Shown here: positions 30,701 to 45,345 of the stretch, in pieces
Position numbering within the stretch: the first letter of the stretch is position 1
How the letters are laid out: every line of letters starts with the position of its first letter
NCBI RefSeq assembly: GCF_009914755.1
Contig: NC_060925.1
Source: the human T2T-CHM13v2.0 reference genome, Homo sapiens
DNA: 64,000 nucleotides
Strand: one strand, 5' to 3'
The notes under the pieces: generated by a model
Seen by the model: the letters and a program-made list of their open reading frames with translations, nothing else
Databases searched by the model: none
What the model was told of the DNA's origin: nothing
Translations under genes and position numbers: made by a program

Positions 30701-31699
30701 GTTTTGCTATGCTCTTAGCATGTCAAAGGAGCAGCAAAGATGCCAATGTGTACAGAGGAGGCTGAGTGGTAGGAAATGGGGTCAGGTAGGTACTAGGGCA
30801 GGATGCTGCAGTCCTTTAGGCCACGCAAATGTGAATTCTTTTGTGGGTGAGGCACAAGGCAGGACGGCATAGAGTGCACTCCAGAGCTAATCTGTGGAGG
30901 TCTTATCCTGACTCTTCCACATGGGAGCTGTAAGACCTCAGGATAGTCATATGCCCTCTCTGATAGGTGGATGTATAATAGCTGTAGGATGTAGATCATG
31001 CCACAGCTGGCCTCACAGGAGTGTTGTGAAGACTGACAATCTGTAAAGCACTAACATCCTTCGGCACATAATAAGTGCGGTATAAATAAGTATTTAACTT
31101 TTATTGTGTGGAAAGCCCCTGGCAAGGTTAAGCTGAAGAGTGCCAGTGACTTAGATTACTCCTGTGAAGGCTCTCTGTATGCTCACTGGGGAGAACAGAC
31201 TGGAAGGAGGCAAGAGGAGAGGTCAGTGAAGAGGCCAGAGATCAGTGGTGGAGGCCAGAGTGGCAGTGGCTTCGATGTGGCAGGGATGGTCATGATGGGG
31301 CTTCTGGATGAATTCCGAAAGCAGATTTGCCATGATTTGCTAATGGACTGGATAAAGGGTATAAGTGAAGGGGAGGAGTAAGCTTGTCTTTCAGAACTGA
31401 GCTTGAGTAACTGAGCAAATGGTGGTGCCAATTTATCGATATGGGGAGAACGGAGGGAGGAGGATTTTGCTTGATTGGTTGGTTTGTTTTGTTTTCTTTT
31501 TTTTTTTTTTTTGTTTCGGTCTGGAGAAGGATTAAGACATATTAAGAGAGGAAAGTTCAAGTTAAATGAGAAGCTCTCAAAAGTTCAATTCTGACAATAT
31601 AGTTACAAAGGATTCCAAAATGGGAGAAAAGAGGACGGCATCTGAAGATGCTTATGTAGTTATAGGGTTTGTTATTTAATGAGCTCAGATTATTCCTTT

Positions 31700-31900
31700 A
31701 AGGCAAAAAGAGATAAAGTGGCATGAAACTGTACCCACACATTGTACCAATATCAATTTCCTGGGTTTGCTATTGTACTATAGCTAAGTAAGATGTAACC
31801 ATTGGGGGAAACTGAGGGAGGGATACTCCAGACCTCTGAGTACTATCTTTCCAGCTTCCTGAAAATCTATCATTATTTCAAAACCAAAGGTTTTTTAAAT
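31700..31900 (+). mobile_element. Old L1M (L1MC4a/L1ME-like) 3' end
   Basis: attgtaccaatatcaatttcctgg...gatgtaaccattgggggaaactg...tcattatttcaaaa. Confidence 0.72.
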
Positions 31901-31949
31901 TACTCTTATTAGGGAGAAGGAAATAACAGCAGATCATTTAGAGGTTTTT

Positions 31950-32300
31950 GCTGACTAAAAGAAAGTATAAATTAATATTGTGATGTTGTTGACAAACTAA
32001 TGCTTACGTGGCTAGGGTTCATGGAAGTGTAAAATTCCACAGAGGGATGGGAGAAGAATGACTTCATTTATCACAGGTCAATCCACATCCGAAGTGGTAA
32101 GTTCATCTCTGGGTGCCTTCATCACTTTCAGGTTGACAAGCACACTGAATGACAACTGAACAAGACATTCAGAACTGGGCAATGCTGTCACATTAGAAGT
32201 CATTGAAGGAGCTGAAGAATTTAGCCAGGAAAATTGCAGATGCCCACAAGACATAACAACTGTCTTTAAACGCTTGAGAAACTATCATTTGGGAATCAAA
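31950..32300 (+). mobile_element. Possible L3/CR1 relic
   Basis: Degenerate CR1-like text gttcatctctgggtgcc...ttgaaggagctg...ctgtctttaaacgcttga. Confidence 0.4.
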
Positions 32301-32963
32301 TTTAGATGAATATTTGACATCCCTTTAGGTGCACTTTCTTTTTACAAAATGCCAGAAGTATTTTTTAAAGAACATTCAGCTGCATTAAAACCTCTGATTT
32401 TAAAAACAACTAAGTGGAATAAACCTGGAACTTCAAAATGTTCTCCCAACTGAAACCTGTTACCCGTTTGGTTTGAAATTGAGTCACTAACTTTAAGCAG
32501 GATGCAACTTCTTACCACCACCTTCAACCATATCTTCCAGCAATGATCTCAAGAGCTATTAGGATAGATCTGTGACTTGTACTTAGGGGTTAGACATCTG
32601 TCAGCCCTTGAGATGGGACCAAGAAAAAGTTTTAATTAAATATTTTCCTTGACTGACAACGAGGAGGGCATAACACTTTTTCTATTTTTTCATTTGTTCT
32701 ATGGATTGAAAGGAAAATGGATTTAATACTGCAAAGTTAATATTACTTCTTCATGTAAATTTTTATTATATACTGCAATGAAGGTTAGACAAAAATTTTA
32801 AAAGAAATGATTTGACACTTTGCTATAACAAGAAACTATAAAAAGTATGATAATAAAACCCAGTGAAAAAATCTTGCAGACACTGATTTTCATATCCTGA
32901 TTATAATGAAGGCCTTAACTGAGCAGTTGCACTGTTGTGTGCCTGTTCACCCTGCTGTTGAAT

Positions 32964-33311
<348 letters not shown>

Positions 33312-33584
33312 TGATCTATTTATGACCCACAGAGAGCATGAGACTAATGTATTACTTTAGTGAAAAAAAATCAAAATGCTGAACACCGTTATGAACCAGC
33401 AACAAAACGGAGAACATTATTCTTTCTTCAGACAAAACCAATCTCTTGCTACACCTGGAGCAGAGAGTGTGTGTGGTCTGGTTGCTGGCTCTATGGAAAG
33501 ATAAGCACAGGGAAAGATGGCTCAGTAATACAGTGAAGCTAGGAAGGGAGTTTGCACATCCAAGCATTATACTGAAGGAACTCT

Positions 33585-33770
33585 ATATGCATTATTTCAT
33601 GTAAGCCTCACCGCAACCCTACGAAAGGAGGTACCATTATTCTCATTCTACAGATGAGGAACTGGGGCTCAAGTAACTTGCCCAAAGGTACTCAACTAGA
33701 AAGTAGTAGAGGTGGGATTTAAAGCCACATCTGTCTTGAGTCCAAAGTCCATGCTTTTATCTACCATGTT
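33585..33770 (-). mobile_element. MIR SINE
   Basis: MIR core ctcattctacagatgaggaactggggctcaagtaacttgcccaaagg. Confidence 0.8.
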
Positions 33771-34283
33771 CTGTGAAATGTTCACTGAATATTAAATTGT
33801 AGCACTTAATCCATTCCCCTCCCCCACCCACCCACTGTCTTTATCTGGACAATCAGAAGTTCAGAAAGTTGAGGATACTTGTCCAAAGCTGGTTTGCAGT
33901 AGAACTGAGGCTTGAACCAAGATCTCCTGACTCCCGGGTCAGGATATTTCTGCTGTGCCAGGGACCATTCCATCTGAAAAGCTAAAAGCTGAGAGAGGAT
34001 ATTTCTAAATTCTAGAAAATCACAAAGGATATGAAGTGAGTAAATTTAGAATCTGCCAAAACCCAGCAGTATAAAAATAACAGGACTAGGAACCATTCTG
34101 GAAGTTTGAGAGAGATGCATTTACGAGGGAGAAGTGTGATGGAGCACACATGGTAACGAGCATACAGGACTCACCATCCCTAAGAAGCTGCACAGGCTGA
34201 GAACAGAGATTCAATTAAAGTGTTAGGTTTTACTTTTATTTATTTATTTAACACACTATATACCAAGCTCTGTGTTAGGTGGT

Positions 34284-34957
<674 letters not shown>

Positions 34958-35389
34958 GTGCTTTATAACTATACGCTCATTAATCCTTGTAACAACCTTT
35001 TGATATAGGAACTGTAATCTCCATATTACAAATGAAGAACCTGAGGCTTATAAAGGTTAAAAAAATTTCATCAGTGTCAATCACAAGTGGCAGAGTTGAG
35101 ATAATTGTGAATGACAGAAACCTAAGAATCCTAATTGAAGGATGTCTGGGTCCTATCTCCCACCTCAGCAAGCAGACTTCAAGACAAACAATCTCATACA
35201 CCTCTTTGCTTGGTGTTTCTAGAACAGGTAGCTAAGGCCACGCACTAGTGTGACTATGTGTAGGCTTAGAAAATGATTAAGGAAGGCACCCTTGAATAGC
35301 ATATAACATAAAGGTCAGAGCACTGGACTGGGCACCAGAACATATGGGGTCAAATCCATTTCCTAGGGATCCTCTAATCTCATGTACTC

Positions 35390-35685
<296 letters not shown>

Positions 35686-35744
35686 TGAGCAACTTAATCT
35701 CTAAATCTGTTTTTTAACCTACATAAAAGGAATAAGCTGCCTAA

Positions 35745-35818
35745 CTTTTGGTGTTGCTTTAATTACATTAACATTTCACCAACCTTTTGGTGTTGCTTTA
35801 ATTACATTAACATTTCAC
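35745..35818. repeat. Perfect 35 bp tandem duplication with a 4 bp spacer
   Basis: cttttggtgttgctttaattacattaacatttcac at 35745-35779 and 35784-35818. Confidence 0.95.
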
Positions 35819-36504
35819 GGCATTCATCATGCTGTATTAAAGCTGTCTTTAGTATCATTAATACTTAGCACAGTTTCCTTGCATATAATTGGCCCTCAAA
35901 CAATGTTGAAAGAGTCCATATGGAAGTTCTTAGCAAATTGTACAAATGTAAGCCTTTGATTAACCCAAGGAAAAGCCACGCTGTCGCATTTTCTTTCTTT
36001 CAGCCCTGTTCTCTAAAGGATGGAAAGAGATGAGTCAAGAATCAAAATCATATGAAAGGTCACCACCGTCCAAGGACCCAGGTAGCTTCAAGAGAGATTA
36101 CAGAGCAAAGGGTCACGACCGCCTGCTGAGGAATAGGATTCAGGCCCTAACCTGACAGCTTCCATTCTTCATCTCTCTCCTGTGTCTGGTGACAGTTGTC
36201 CTCATATCACCCTCATCTGTAATCTACTGCCTTTTCCCAAGACTACTTAATAGCAGTCAATCTGAAAAAGTCACCGGAGGTAGCTCAGTAAACTGGAACA
36301 AAAGTCTTTGTTCATGATTTTTACTGAGGGCAGCCCCACATTCCTTTCCCCAAGAGCCATAATGGGTCCCCAGGACCAAAGAGTCCACCTTGCCTTTCTG
36401 ACCCACCATTCTTTCAGGGGAAGAGAGATGCTACACCCAAAATAAACACTCAACACTTTCTCTTTGGTTCAGAGGGTGTAGGATGCGCCTCTAGCAATCT
36501 AGCC

Positions 36505-36879
36505 TGTATTAGTCCATTTTCACACTGCTGATAAAAACATACCTGAGACTGGGCAATTTACAAAAGAAAGAGGTTTAATTGGACTTACAGTTCCACGTGG
36601 ATGGGGAAGCCTCACAGTCATGGCGGAAGGCAAAGAGGAGCAAGTCCCATCTTACACGGATGGCAGCAGGCAAATAAAGAATGAGGAAGACGCAAAAGCG
36701 GAAACCCGTGATAAAACTATCAGATCTCGTGAGACTTATTCACTACCATGAGAACAGTATGGGGGAAACCACCCCCATGTTTCAATTATCTCCCTCTGGG
36801 TCCCTCCCGCAACACATGGGAATTATGGGAGTACAGTTCAAGATGAGATTTGGTGGGGACAGAGAGCCAAACCATATCA
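36505..36879 (-). mobile_element. THE1 (THE1C-like) MaLR solo LTR
   Basis: tgtattagtccattttcacactgctgataa...gccaaaccatatca. Perfect 5 bp TSD tagcc. Confidence 0.94.
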
Positions 36880-36904
36880 TAGCCATTCTGCCAGAAACAA
36901 AAGC

Positions 36905-38045
36905 AGAATTCATGCATCCATTTATTTATTTGTTTGTTTATTCATCAGTTCATGCATTCATCAAATGTTTGTTGAGTGCCTTCTGTGTGCCAAGCACAGT
37001 TCCAGTGCCAGGGGAACAGCAGAGTCCAAAACAATAAGCATTCCTGCTCGCACAGAGTGCAGTCATCACTGGGAAGTGGAAATAAACAAAATAAATCAGT
37101 GGAAGATGGAACTTTTCAGGCGTGACAAGTGTTATGGAGAAAAATAGACCAAAAAATGAGGGTAGGGAATTCTGGGGTAAAGACATAAAGATAAAAAGCA
37201 AGATAAGCAAACATCTGAGAGAAGAGCCATCCAGGAAGAGGCCTGGAGCTGGGAGTGCCTGGCATGTTCTAGAAACACAAGAGGCCAGCAATGCTGAAGT
37301 AGTTAGCAGTGAGACAAGTCAGAGGGTTAGCAGGAGGCCAGACTGGAGAGAACCTCGCAGACTTCTCTGCGATGGGGAGCATATGGGGGTTTTGAGCAGG
37401 GGAGGAATCTGATCAAAATCATGGTTTTACAGGGTCTCTCGGCCTGCTGTGTTGAGAACAGGCTGGGCAAGAGGAAGGCAGCACAAAGGCGGAAGCAGAC
37501 CAGTCAGGAAGCTGTTGTAATAATCTAGGAAAGAACTGATGATGGCTTAGAACAGGGAACAAAGTAGTAGAGGCAGGGAGAAGTGACCAGGTTCTGGGAT
37601 GCATTTTTAAGACAGAGCCCACAGGCTTTGCCTACAGTGTGTTGTGGGATATAAGAGTAAGAGAAGAGTCCAGGAAGAATGTAATTGCCATTCACTGAGA
37701 TGAGGAAAACTATGGAAGATCAAGTTTGGTGGATGGATGACCCAAGAAGCTCATTTGGTGATGCTTAGCTTTGAGATGACTTTAGATACTCAGTTGAAGA
37801 TGGTAAGTGGGCTGTTGAATACATGAGGCTGACCTTCAGGGGACAGGTCTGAGTCAAGGGTATAAATTGGGAATGGTCAGTATTTAGGTGGATCCCACTG
37901 CCATAAGGCTAGACAAAAACATTGAGAGTAAGTACAGGTAGAGGAGAGACTGAGCCCGGGACAGGCCACCAGTAGACACCAGAGCTGAGAAGGAAGTAGC
38001 CAAAGATGAACTAGAAGGAACAGGAGGGAGGCAGGAGGAAGCCAG
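36905..38045 (-). mobile_element. L2a relic (~1.1 kb)
   Basis: Antisense 3' end cattcatcaaatgtttgttgagtgccttctgtgtgccaagcac, followed by colinear L2 body motifs. Confidence 0.82.
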
Positions 38046-38149
38046 GAGAAGGTGGGCCCTTCCTTCTCCTCACTGCTGCCTCGTTAACCCTCATTTTGCC
38101 TTTTTGCTGTCACTCCACCTCTGTCAGCTTCACCTCTCTCAGATTCATT

Positions 38150-38850
38150 CTTAGGTAAATAAAGATGTTTTCTATCACTGTGCATGAGCCAAAATAGATA
38201 TTTACTAGGTAAACACTATTCCTTTAATTGGGCGATTCTTAAAAAAAAAAAAAAAAAAAAAAAGAAGGCACTCAGATCTCTGTTCGGTGTGTTCGTTACA
38301 ATATGTGGATCTGCTGGAACATCAAATTACCCAGCTCCACGGGCTCCGTGGGCTCCACAGTCAGCCTGCCAAATGGTGTTGAAGATATTCTCATGATTGT
38401 TGCTATTGTTATTGTTCAGAGAGGCTTCAGCCCTTGGGGCAGCCCTCCCTCCTTCCCTCTCCCACTCTCCACCCCCTGATCCAGAGGCACGAATGCTCTC
38501 ATCAATTCACTTTGGTCCAGCTGCCAGGCTGGGGAACAGATGTTGCATTGTTAACAGGAAGGAGAAAACAAACAGCTCCACTCTCCTGTGTTCTCCCGCC
38601 CTCCTCCCCCATCCCCCTTTCAGTCCCCTGGTGAAAATGGGAAAACAATGTTGGGGAGAGGACGGGGGTCCAGTGAGTAATGCCCTTCTCCCTGCCAAGG
38701 CCGAGCCACGGAGCTCCTGACCAGAGGCACACAGAGCATTCTCCTGGGCCCTGTTTATAGAGGACATAAGCTGTGTCAGCTGAGCGGGCTTGCTCATGGC
38801 TGGTGACGTGAAGATGTTCTCACTGAGCAGAACATTGAAAGAAGACAATG
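38150..38850. promoter_or_regulatory. Candidate enhancer / conserved non-coding element
   Basis: Island with no recognisable TE. Contains clustered forkhead (RTAAAYA x3), SOX (ATTGTT, four or more) and TCF-like motifs, with retained CpGs. Motif evidence only. Confidence 0.4.
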
Positions 38851-39654
38851 GCCCTCTTCTGCATGTGGCCCCAGTGACAAATCTACCTGCATTTTAAGGG
38901 CAAAAGCTATGACCAAAAGACAAGCCCAGGGCAGAAGGAAAATGTTTCTTGGCTGAACTCTATCTCTGTATGTCTGATCATTTCTCCTCTGGAGGCTTTT
39001 TCGAAATGGGGAGAATTCCTTTTTTTCCCTAGAGAACACAGGGTAAGAGTCTCCCACCTTTTCTCTCACTTGTCACGCAGACCCTTCCAAGCTGGGGAGG
39101 GGTAGAGGGGAGGGGTGCATGGAGTAGGGTAAATGTAGGAAATCTAGAGTGAAGGCTGCATGTGAAATAGTAGCATGGAGGTAAAGGAGCACACAGCCTG
39201 TCAGCTAGGCTAAGGGATTGAAACTTCCCTTGAAGTTACTAGATGGCAAGGAAAAGATTTTAGGAAGAAGAGTGACATACAAGAAACAGATGACATCTCT
39301 GTGATAGATGGGTGGGAAGGGAAAGCTAGTCAAGAGGCCGCTATAGCAATCCAGGTCACAGACAACCAGAAGCCCTAAGACAGTATTAGCGATGGTTCAG
39401 CTGCTGTCAATGAGGCAAAATCAATAGGGCTTAGGAACCAATTGGGCATGGAGAAGGGGTGGCTGAGGATGATCAGGCTGTAGAAAGAACATTAGTGGCT
39501 CTAAGCCTGGAAAGTTTATGTCCACCCTGTATACAACATCCACAATAAAAGTACTGTCTAATCGTAAAATAAGTAGAAGAAAGCCAATAAGCTTTGTTTT
39601 TTCTAGGGTGGCATTTTGATGCTTTTTTAAAGCACTACAATCTTGTTTGTTTAA

Positions 39655-40011
39655 GCTTTTTTTTTTTTATTTCCATAGGTTTTTGGGGAACAGGTGGTGT
39701 TTGGTTACATGAGTACATTATTTAGTGATTTCTGAGATTTTGGTGCACCCATCACCCAAGCAGTACATACTGAACCCAATTTGTAGTCTTTTATCCCTCA
39801 CCCACTTCCAACCCTTACCCCCTGAGTCCCCAAAATCCACTGTGTCATTCTTATGCCTTGGCATCCTCATAGCTTAGCTCCCACTTATGAGTGAGAACAT
39901 ATACAATGTTTGGTTTTCCATTCCTGAGTTACTTCACTTAGAATAACAGTCTCCAATCCCATCCAGGTTGCTGTGCCATTAATTAATAATTTTTTATGGC
40001 TGAGCAGTATT

Positions 40012-40072
<61 letters not shown>

Positions 40073-40192
40073 ACACACACACACACACACACACACCACA
40101 GTTTCTTTATCCACTCGTTGGTTGATGGGCATTTGGGTTGGTTCCACATTTTTGCAATTGCAAATTGTGCTGCTATAAACATGCGTGTAAGT
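39655..40192 (-). mobile_element. L1PB 3' end fragment
   Basis: ttccataggtttttggggaacaggtggtgtttggttacatgag...cttatgagtgagaacat...gctgctataaacatgcgtgt. Confidence 0.9.
40017..40096. repeat. (AT)22-(GTAT)n-(AC)n compound microsatellite
   Basis: Read directly from the sequence. Confidence 0.97.
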
Positions 40193-40269
40193 CACTACAC
40201 ACTTTTGAAATAATTTTTTGGCACTCTGTGTTTGTTTCCTTGGTGTTCCAAGCCTATGCTTTTTTTGTG

Positions 40270-40900
40270 CTCGCTGGAGAATCCAACACAGGGAGGAAGT
40301 TTCAGGATTCACGTCCAGGCCACAAGGTAGATGGCGATGCTGCTCACAGAGGACAGGGATGCAGGAAGAGGAGAAGGGAGGTGGAGCGAGAGTGATGAGC
40401 TCAGCCTTGGACATGCTGAGTGAGAAGTATCAATGGAGACAGACACTGCCAGAAAGCAGCTGATTAGATGAGTCTGGAGCGAGATGGTGGAACTGGGCAT
40501 CATCAGCGCTCATGCAGGGGGAGAGTCATGGGAGAGGATGAGGTCACCCAGGGTGAATGTGTGGAGGGAGAGGGGAGACAGCCTGAAATCACACCAGCAG
40601 AAAATCAGCATTTTAGGGACTGGGCAGGAAAAGGAGCCTGATGAGAAGCATCCAGAAAGACTGAAGAAAATGTGGGAGGGAGTAAAGCTGCAAAGACCAG
40701 GAAAAGTGGGAATTTTAAGGAGAAGGAAATGATCAACAGTATCAAATGCTATCAGCTGATTCAAGTCAGTTGAGAGGATGGCCAGGGCTGATTGGCACCA
40801 CTGTGTTTAACAATGAAGAGGTCACTGGTGGTCCTACTGAGCGTGATTTCTGCAGAGCAGTATATGTGGAAGGATAACAGAAAAGCAAATGATGTGATAA
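40270..40900 (-). mobile_element. L2 relic
   Basis: gagctcagccttggacatgctgagtgagaag...gatcaacagtatcaaatgct...gaggtcactggtg. Confidence 0.7.
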
Positions 40901-40989
40901 ATAAAAGGCAAGTTTATACCATTAGTGGTAGCCGTAGAGGAATGGAAGGTTGAGGGAAGGTTTCATTTAAAGATGGTAAAGAACACACT

Positions 40990-41317
40990 GGCCTGGTGCG
41001 TGGCTCATGCCTGTAATCCCAACACTTTGGGAGGCTAAGGTAGGAGGATCACTTAAAGCCAAGAGTTCGAGAGCAGCCAGGACAACATAGTGATACCCTA
41101 TTTCTACAACAAATAAAATTAAATTTAAAATAGCTGAGTGTGGCAGCATGTGCCTGTAGTCTCAGCTACTTATAAGACTGAAGTGAGATGATCCTTTGAA
41201 TCCTGTAGTTTGAGGCTACAGTGAGCCGTGATCACACCACTGCACCCCAGTCTGGGTGACAGAGTGAGATCCTGTCTCTCAAAAAAAAAAGAAAAAGAAA
41301 AAAGAAAAGAAAAAAAG
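40990..41317 (+). mobile_element. AluJ
   Basis: Diverged dimer with a J-type right arm and an A-rich tail. Confidence 0.92.
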
Positions 41318-42224
41318 AACATTTAAATACACTAATAGTTCATTTAACCTGCTAAGCAAATACATCAAGCCCCACTAGGTTTGGGGGCAAGGAGGGTATC
41401 TTTAATACATAAATAAGTTTTAGGGGAAAATTTCTTTTTACACCACCTACAGGCTACAGAGAATCAGCTGAGGCAATAATTTTACTTGGCTTGGATGTGG
41501 TGCTCTGGAAAGGGTGGCAAGCATTTATCAGGCACCTACTGTATATGTTAGTTAATGTATGAGCTGCCATATGGAATTCAGAAACAATAAGCTCAAGAAG
41601 CTCATCACCTCAGAGGCTGCAAATGTACAGTGTGAAACACACATTGTGTTTGTCCTACACCGTGATTTTGTAAAATTAAACCACCACTTTAAAAAGTCAT
41701 AAAAATTTGGACATCTGTTCTCTCTTGAAAAACTGGAAGATCTACATCTACCTGGATTTTTGGTGGGCAGCAACTGGCTGGAGTAAAGGGCAGCTGTCCC
41801 TTACTGAGAGCACCCATTCTCCAGTTCACACAGTCCCCAGAGGTCTACTATCTGATTCACGGAGCGGACTTCAGATACGTCATCCACCTGGCCCTTGGTA
41901 GGCATTTGTGTTTGTGACTACAGCTGAAGTCAATCTAAGTCATGAACTGCTACATGCTAAAATGAGGGATGGCAATAACTATGTGGCAGGTATTCAAAAA
42001 AAGGAGAAATCAGTAGAATTAAATAGTTGAGCAAAGCTTCTTAGACTTGGTCTGACAGGCAGGTAGGATAAAGGTGGATGATTGGATGCATAAATGGATG
42101 GATAGATGAAAGAGAAAAGAATTCCCCTTGGGTTCAGGAACAGACCAAATACGTTTACATGGCAGACTGTGGCTAGAAGAAGGAGCATAGATCAGGTATC
42201 TTTCATTTAAAATCTGAAAACTCA

Positions 42225-42518
42225 GGCCGGGCACCGTGGCTGGCACCTGTAATCCCAGCACTTCAGGAGGCCAAGGTGGGCAGATCACCTGTGATCAGGA
42301 GTTTGAGACAAGCCTGGCCAACATGGAGAAACCCCGTCTCTACTAAAAATATAAAAATTAGCCAGGGGTGGTGGCAGGAGCCTGTAAACCCAGCTACTCA
42401 GGAGGCTGAGGCAGGAGAATCATTTGAACCCGAAGGCAGAGGTTGCAGTGAGCAGAGATCATGCCACTGCACTCCAGCCTGGGGGACAAAGCAAGACTCC
42501 ATCTCAAAAATAAATAAA
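42225..42518 (+). mobile_element. AluS
   Basis: Full dimer. TSD aaatct(g/a)aaaa. Confidence 0.95.
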
Positions 42519-43178
42519 TGAAATCTAAAAATGTCTAGTTTTCAGAGCAGGGAGAAGGCATTTCAACTTATCTGCAGGCAATGCTATCTATTATTTCTCT
42601 ATATGAGTATCCTGTTACAGGCTACTTCCTGATTGACAGCAATAATCATGGAGTGATATTGCAAGAAGCTGCTGTCTTGAAAACAAAATGTAAAAACTTA
42701 TAGCATCAGGAGTTCATATCTATACAACAGTTTCACTCTTTTGCTTGGCATAATCACATTGATTCCAATTCCACTGATAGTGGAATTGGATTCTTCCAGT
42801 CTTTTCCAGGTGGCTGTTGGTATCCATCCTCAAAGAGGGTGCTCTTTAGGCTCAATGAACTGAAATTCCAACCTCACATCCTGTCCAAGTTTCCAGGCTT
42901 CTGACAGAATCTGAAATTACCCCAAGGGGGTAATCACTTACCTAATCCCTTTGATAATTTCTAAAGTGAAAGAATAGTTGAGGAGGGGAGCGGAAACCAC
43001 CTAAATGACAGAAGGAAAAGCATTAAACTTTTACCACACTAGTTCATTGACCCCGTTTCAAAGTCCTGGCCTTTGCACTGCATTTCCTGTCTTCCAAATA
43101 AGACCAATTGTGTGTATGGAAAAGCCCACTTGCCACCTGAGGACCCTAAGATGTAGCCCATCCATTGACAAATCTTAC

Positions 43179-43304
43179 TTTTTTTTTTTTGAGATGGAGT
43201 CTATGTTATCCAAGCTAGTCTTGAACTCACTCCTGGGCCCAGGCAATCCTCTGTTAGCCTCCCGTATAGCTGGGATTACAGGCACCCACCACTGCACCCA
43301 GCTC
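43179..43304 (-). mobile_element. FLAM-type Alu monomer
   Basis: ~125 bp monomer with poly(T). TSD tgacaaa(tct/ccc)tact. Confidence 0.85.
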
Positions 43305-43981
43305 TGACAAACCCTACTGTTAAATAAAAACAATGAATTATAACATACTAGGGATAATCAGAAGCTTCCAGGAAGAAAATAGTTTCCATAGAAACACATG
43401 ATAATAATAGCAATAGACTTCTCAATATCAGCACTAAAAGTTAGTAGATGAAAAAATGTTTTTCTGAAGAAAAATTATTTTCAACTATTACCAACTGAAG
43501 GTCCCAATTAAATGTGAACATAAAATACATTTTCATACAAACAAAACTTTTTAAAAATTTGCCTCCTATGTATCCTTTACTAGAGATTTCTAGAGACTGT
43601 GACAAAATGAAAATAAAATGAAACCAAAATGAAAATGTAAACCAAGAAAGGGGAAAACATGGGATGCAGGAAATAGGGAATGCAATATAAGAGAAAGATG
43701 AAGGAAATTCCTGGGATGACCGTGAAGGGAAGTCCCACAAGGACAGCTTTGCTACAGGCCTGGAGGATCACCCAAAGTGGAGCAAGAAGACAGAAGCCCC
43801 TGGAGGAAGGTCTACAGGGAAAAAAAAAAGAAAAAATAGAGCTGTACACACAGAAGGCTTCAAGATGAATGTAAAAGTATCTCCATCCTCCACAGACACC
43901 TGCTCTGACCACATGGAACTTTATACAGAGAGGATGTTTAATGGGGTAGAGGGATTTAGCCATAGGTTAAAAAAAATTAAG

Positions 43982-44282
43982 GGCCAGGCATAGTGGCTCA
44001 CACCAGCACTTTGGGAGACCAAGGCAGGCAGATCACTTGAGCCCAGAAGTTCAAGACCAGTCGGGGCAACATGGCAAAACCCCATCTCTACAAAAAATTA
44101 GCCAGGTGTGATGATGCATGCCTGTAGTCCCAGCTACTTGAGAGGCTGAAGTAGGGGGATCACCTAAGTCTAGGAGGTCAAGGCTGAAGTGAGCCGTGAT
44201 TATGCCACTGCACTCCAGCCTGGGCAACAGAGTGAGACCCTGTTTCAAAAAAAGAGAAAAGAAAAGAAAAAGGAAAAAAAAA
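43982..44282 (+). mobile_element. AluJ
   Basis: J-type dimer with a small deletion near the 5' end. Confidence 0.92.
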
Positions 44283-44519
44283 GTAATAAGAAAACAAAAG
44301 ATGTAAGCAGGCAATCATTAATTACCTAAAAAATCAAAAATTGAAATTATAATCCAATACTTGGCTTAGCATGAACAATCTTTCAATAGTCATAATAATC
44401 TAAATGCTGAATATTATTTGACTTCTCTGCTGGAGGAACTGGAATCGTATGAAAAGAAAAAGGGAGCAATAGAGATCTAAAACGCCATCTACAATAAAAT
44501 GTTTAAATTATTTCAAGTT

Positions 44520-44675
44520 AGCCAGGCACAGTAGTGCTCACCTGTAGTACCACCTACTCAGGAGGCTGAAGCAGGAGGTTGCTTGAGCCCAGGAGTTTGA
44601 GGTTGTAGTGCACTGTGATGCCTGTGAATAGCCTCTACACTCCAGCCTGGGCAACATAATGAGACCCTGTCTAAT
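44520..44675 (+). mobile_element. FAM (fossil Alu monomer)
   Basis: Monomer retaining the 7SL-like cctgtgaatagcc...ctccagcctgggcaacata segment. Confidence 0.82.
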
Positions 44676-44742
44676 AATAGTAGTATCAAATTATTAATTA
44701 AACAACATCAGTATGAGCATATTCTTTGAAATATGGAAGTAT

Positions 44743-45180
<438 letters not shown>

Positions 45181-45249
45181 TTAGCACATTTAACTTGTTT
45201 AAATTCAGGGTCTGTGTCACTTTGATTAAAATTTAAATGAGATCTAGGT

Positions 45250-45345
45250 GCCACTTTGGGAGGCCGAGGTGGGAGGATCACTTGAAGCCAGGAGTTCGAG
45301 AGTAGCCTGAGCAATGTAGCGAGACCCCCATCTCTATTAAAATAT
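45250..45345 (+). mobile_element. Truncated FLAM/AluJ left arm
   Basis: cactttgggaggccgaggtgggaggatcacttgaagccaggagttcgag. Confidence 0.85.
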
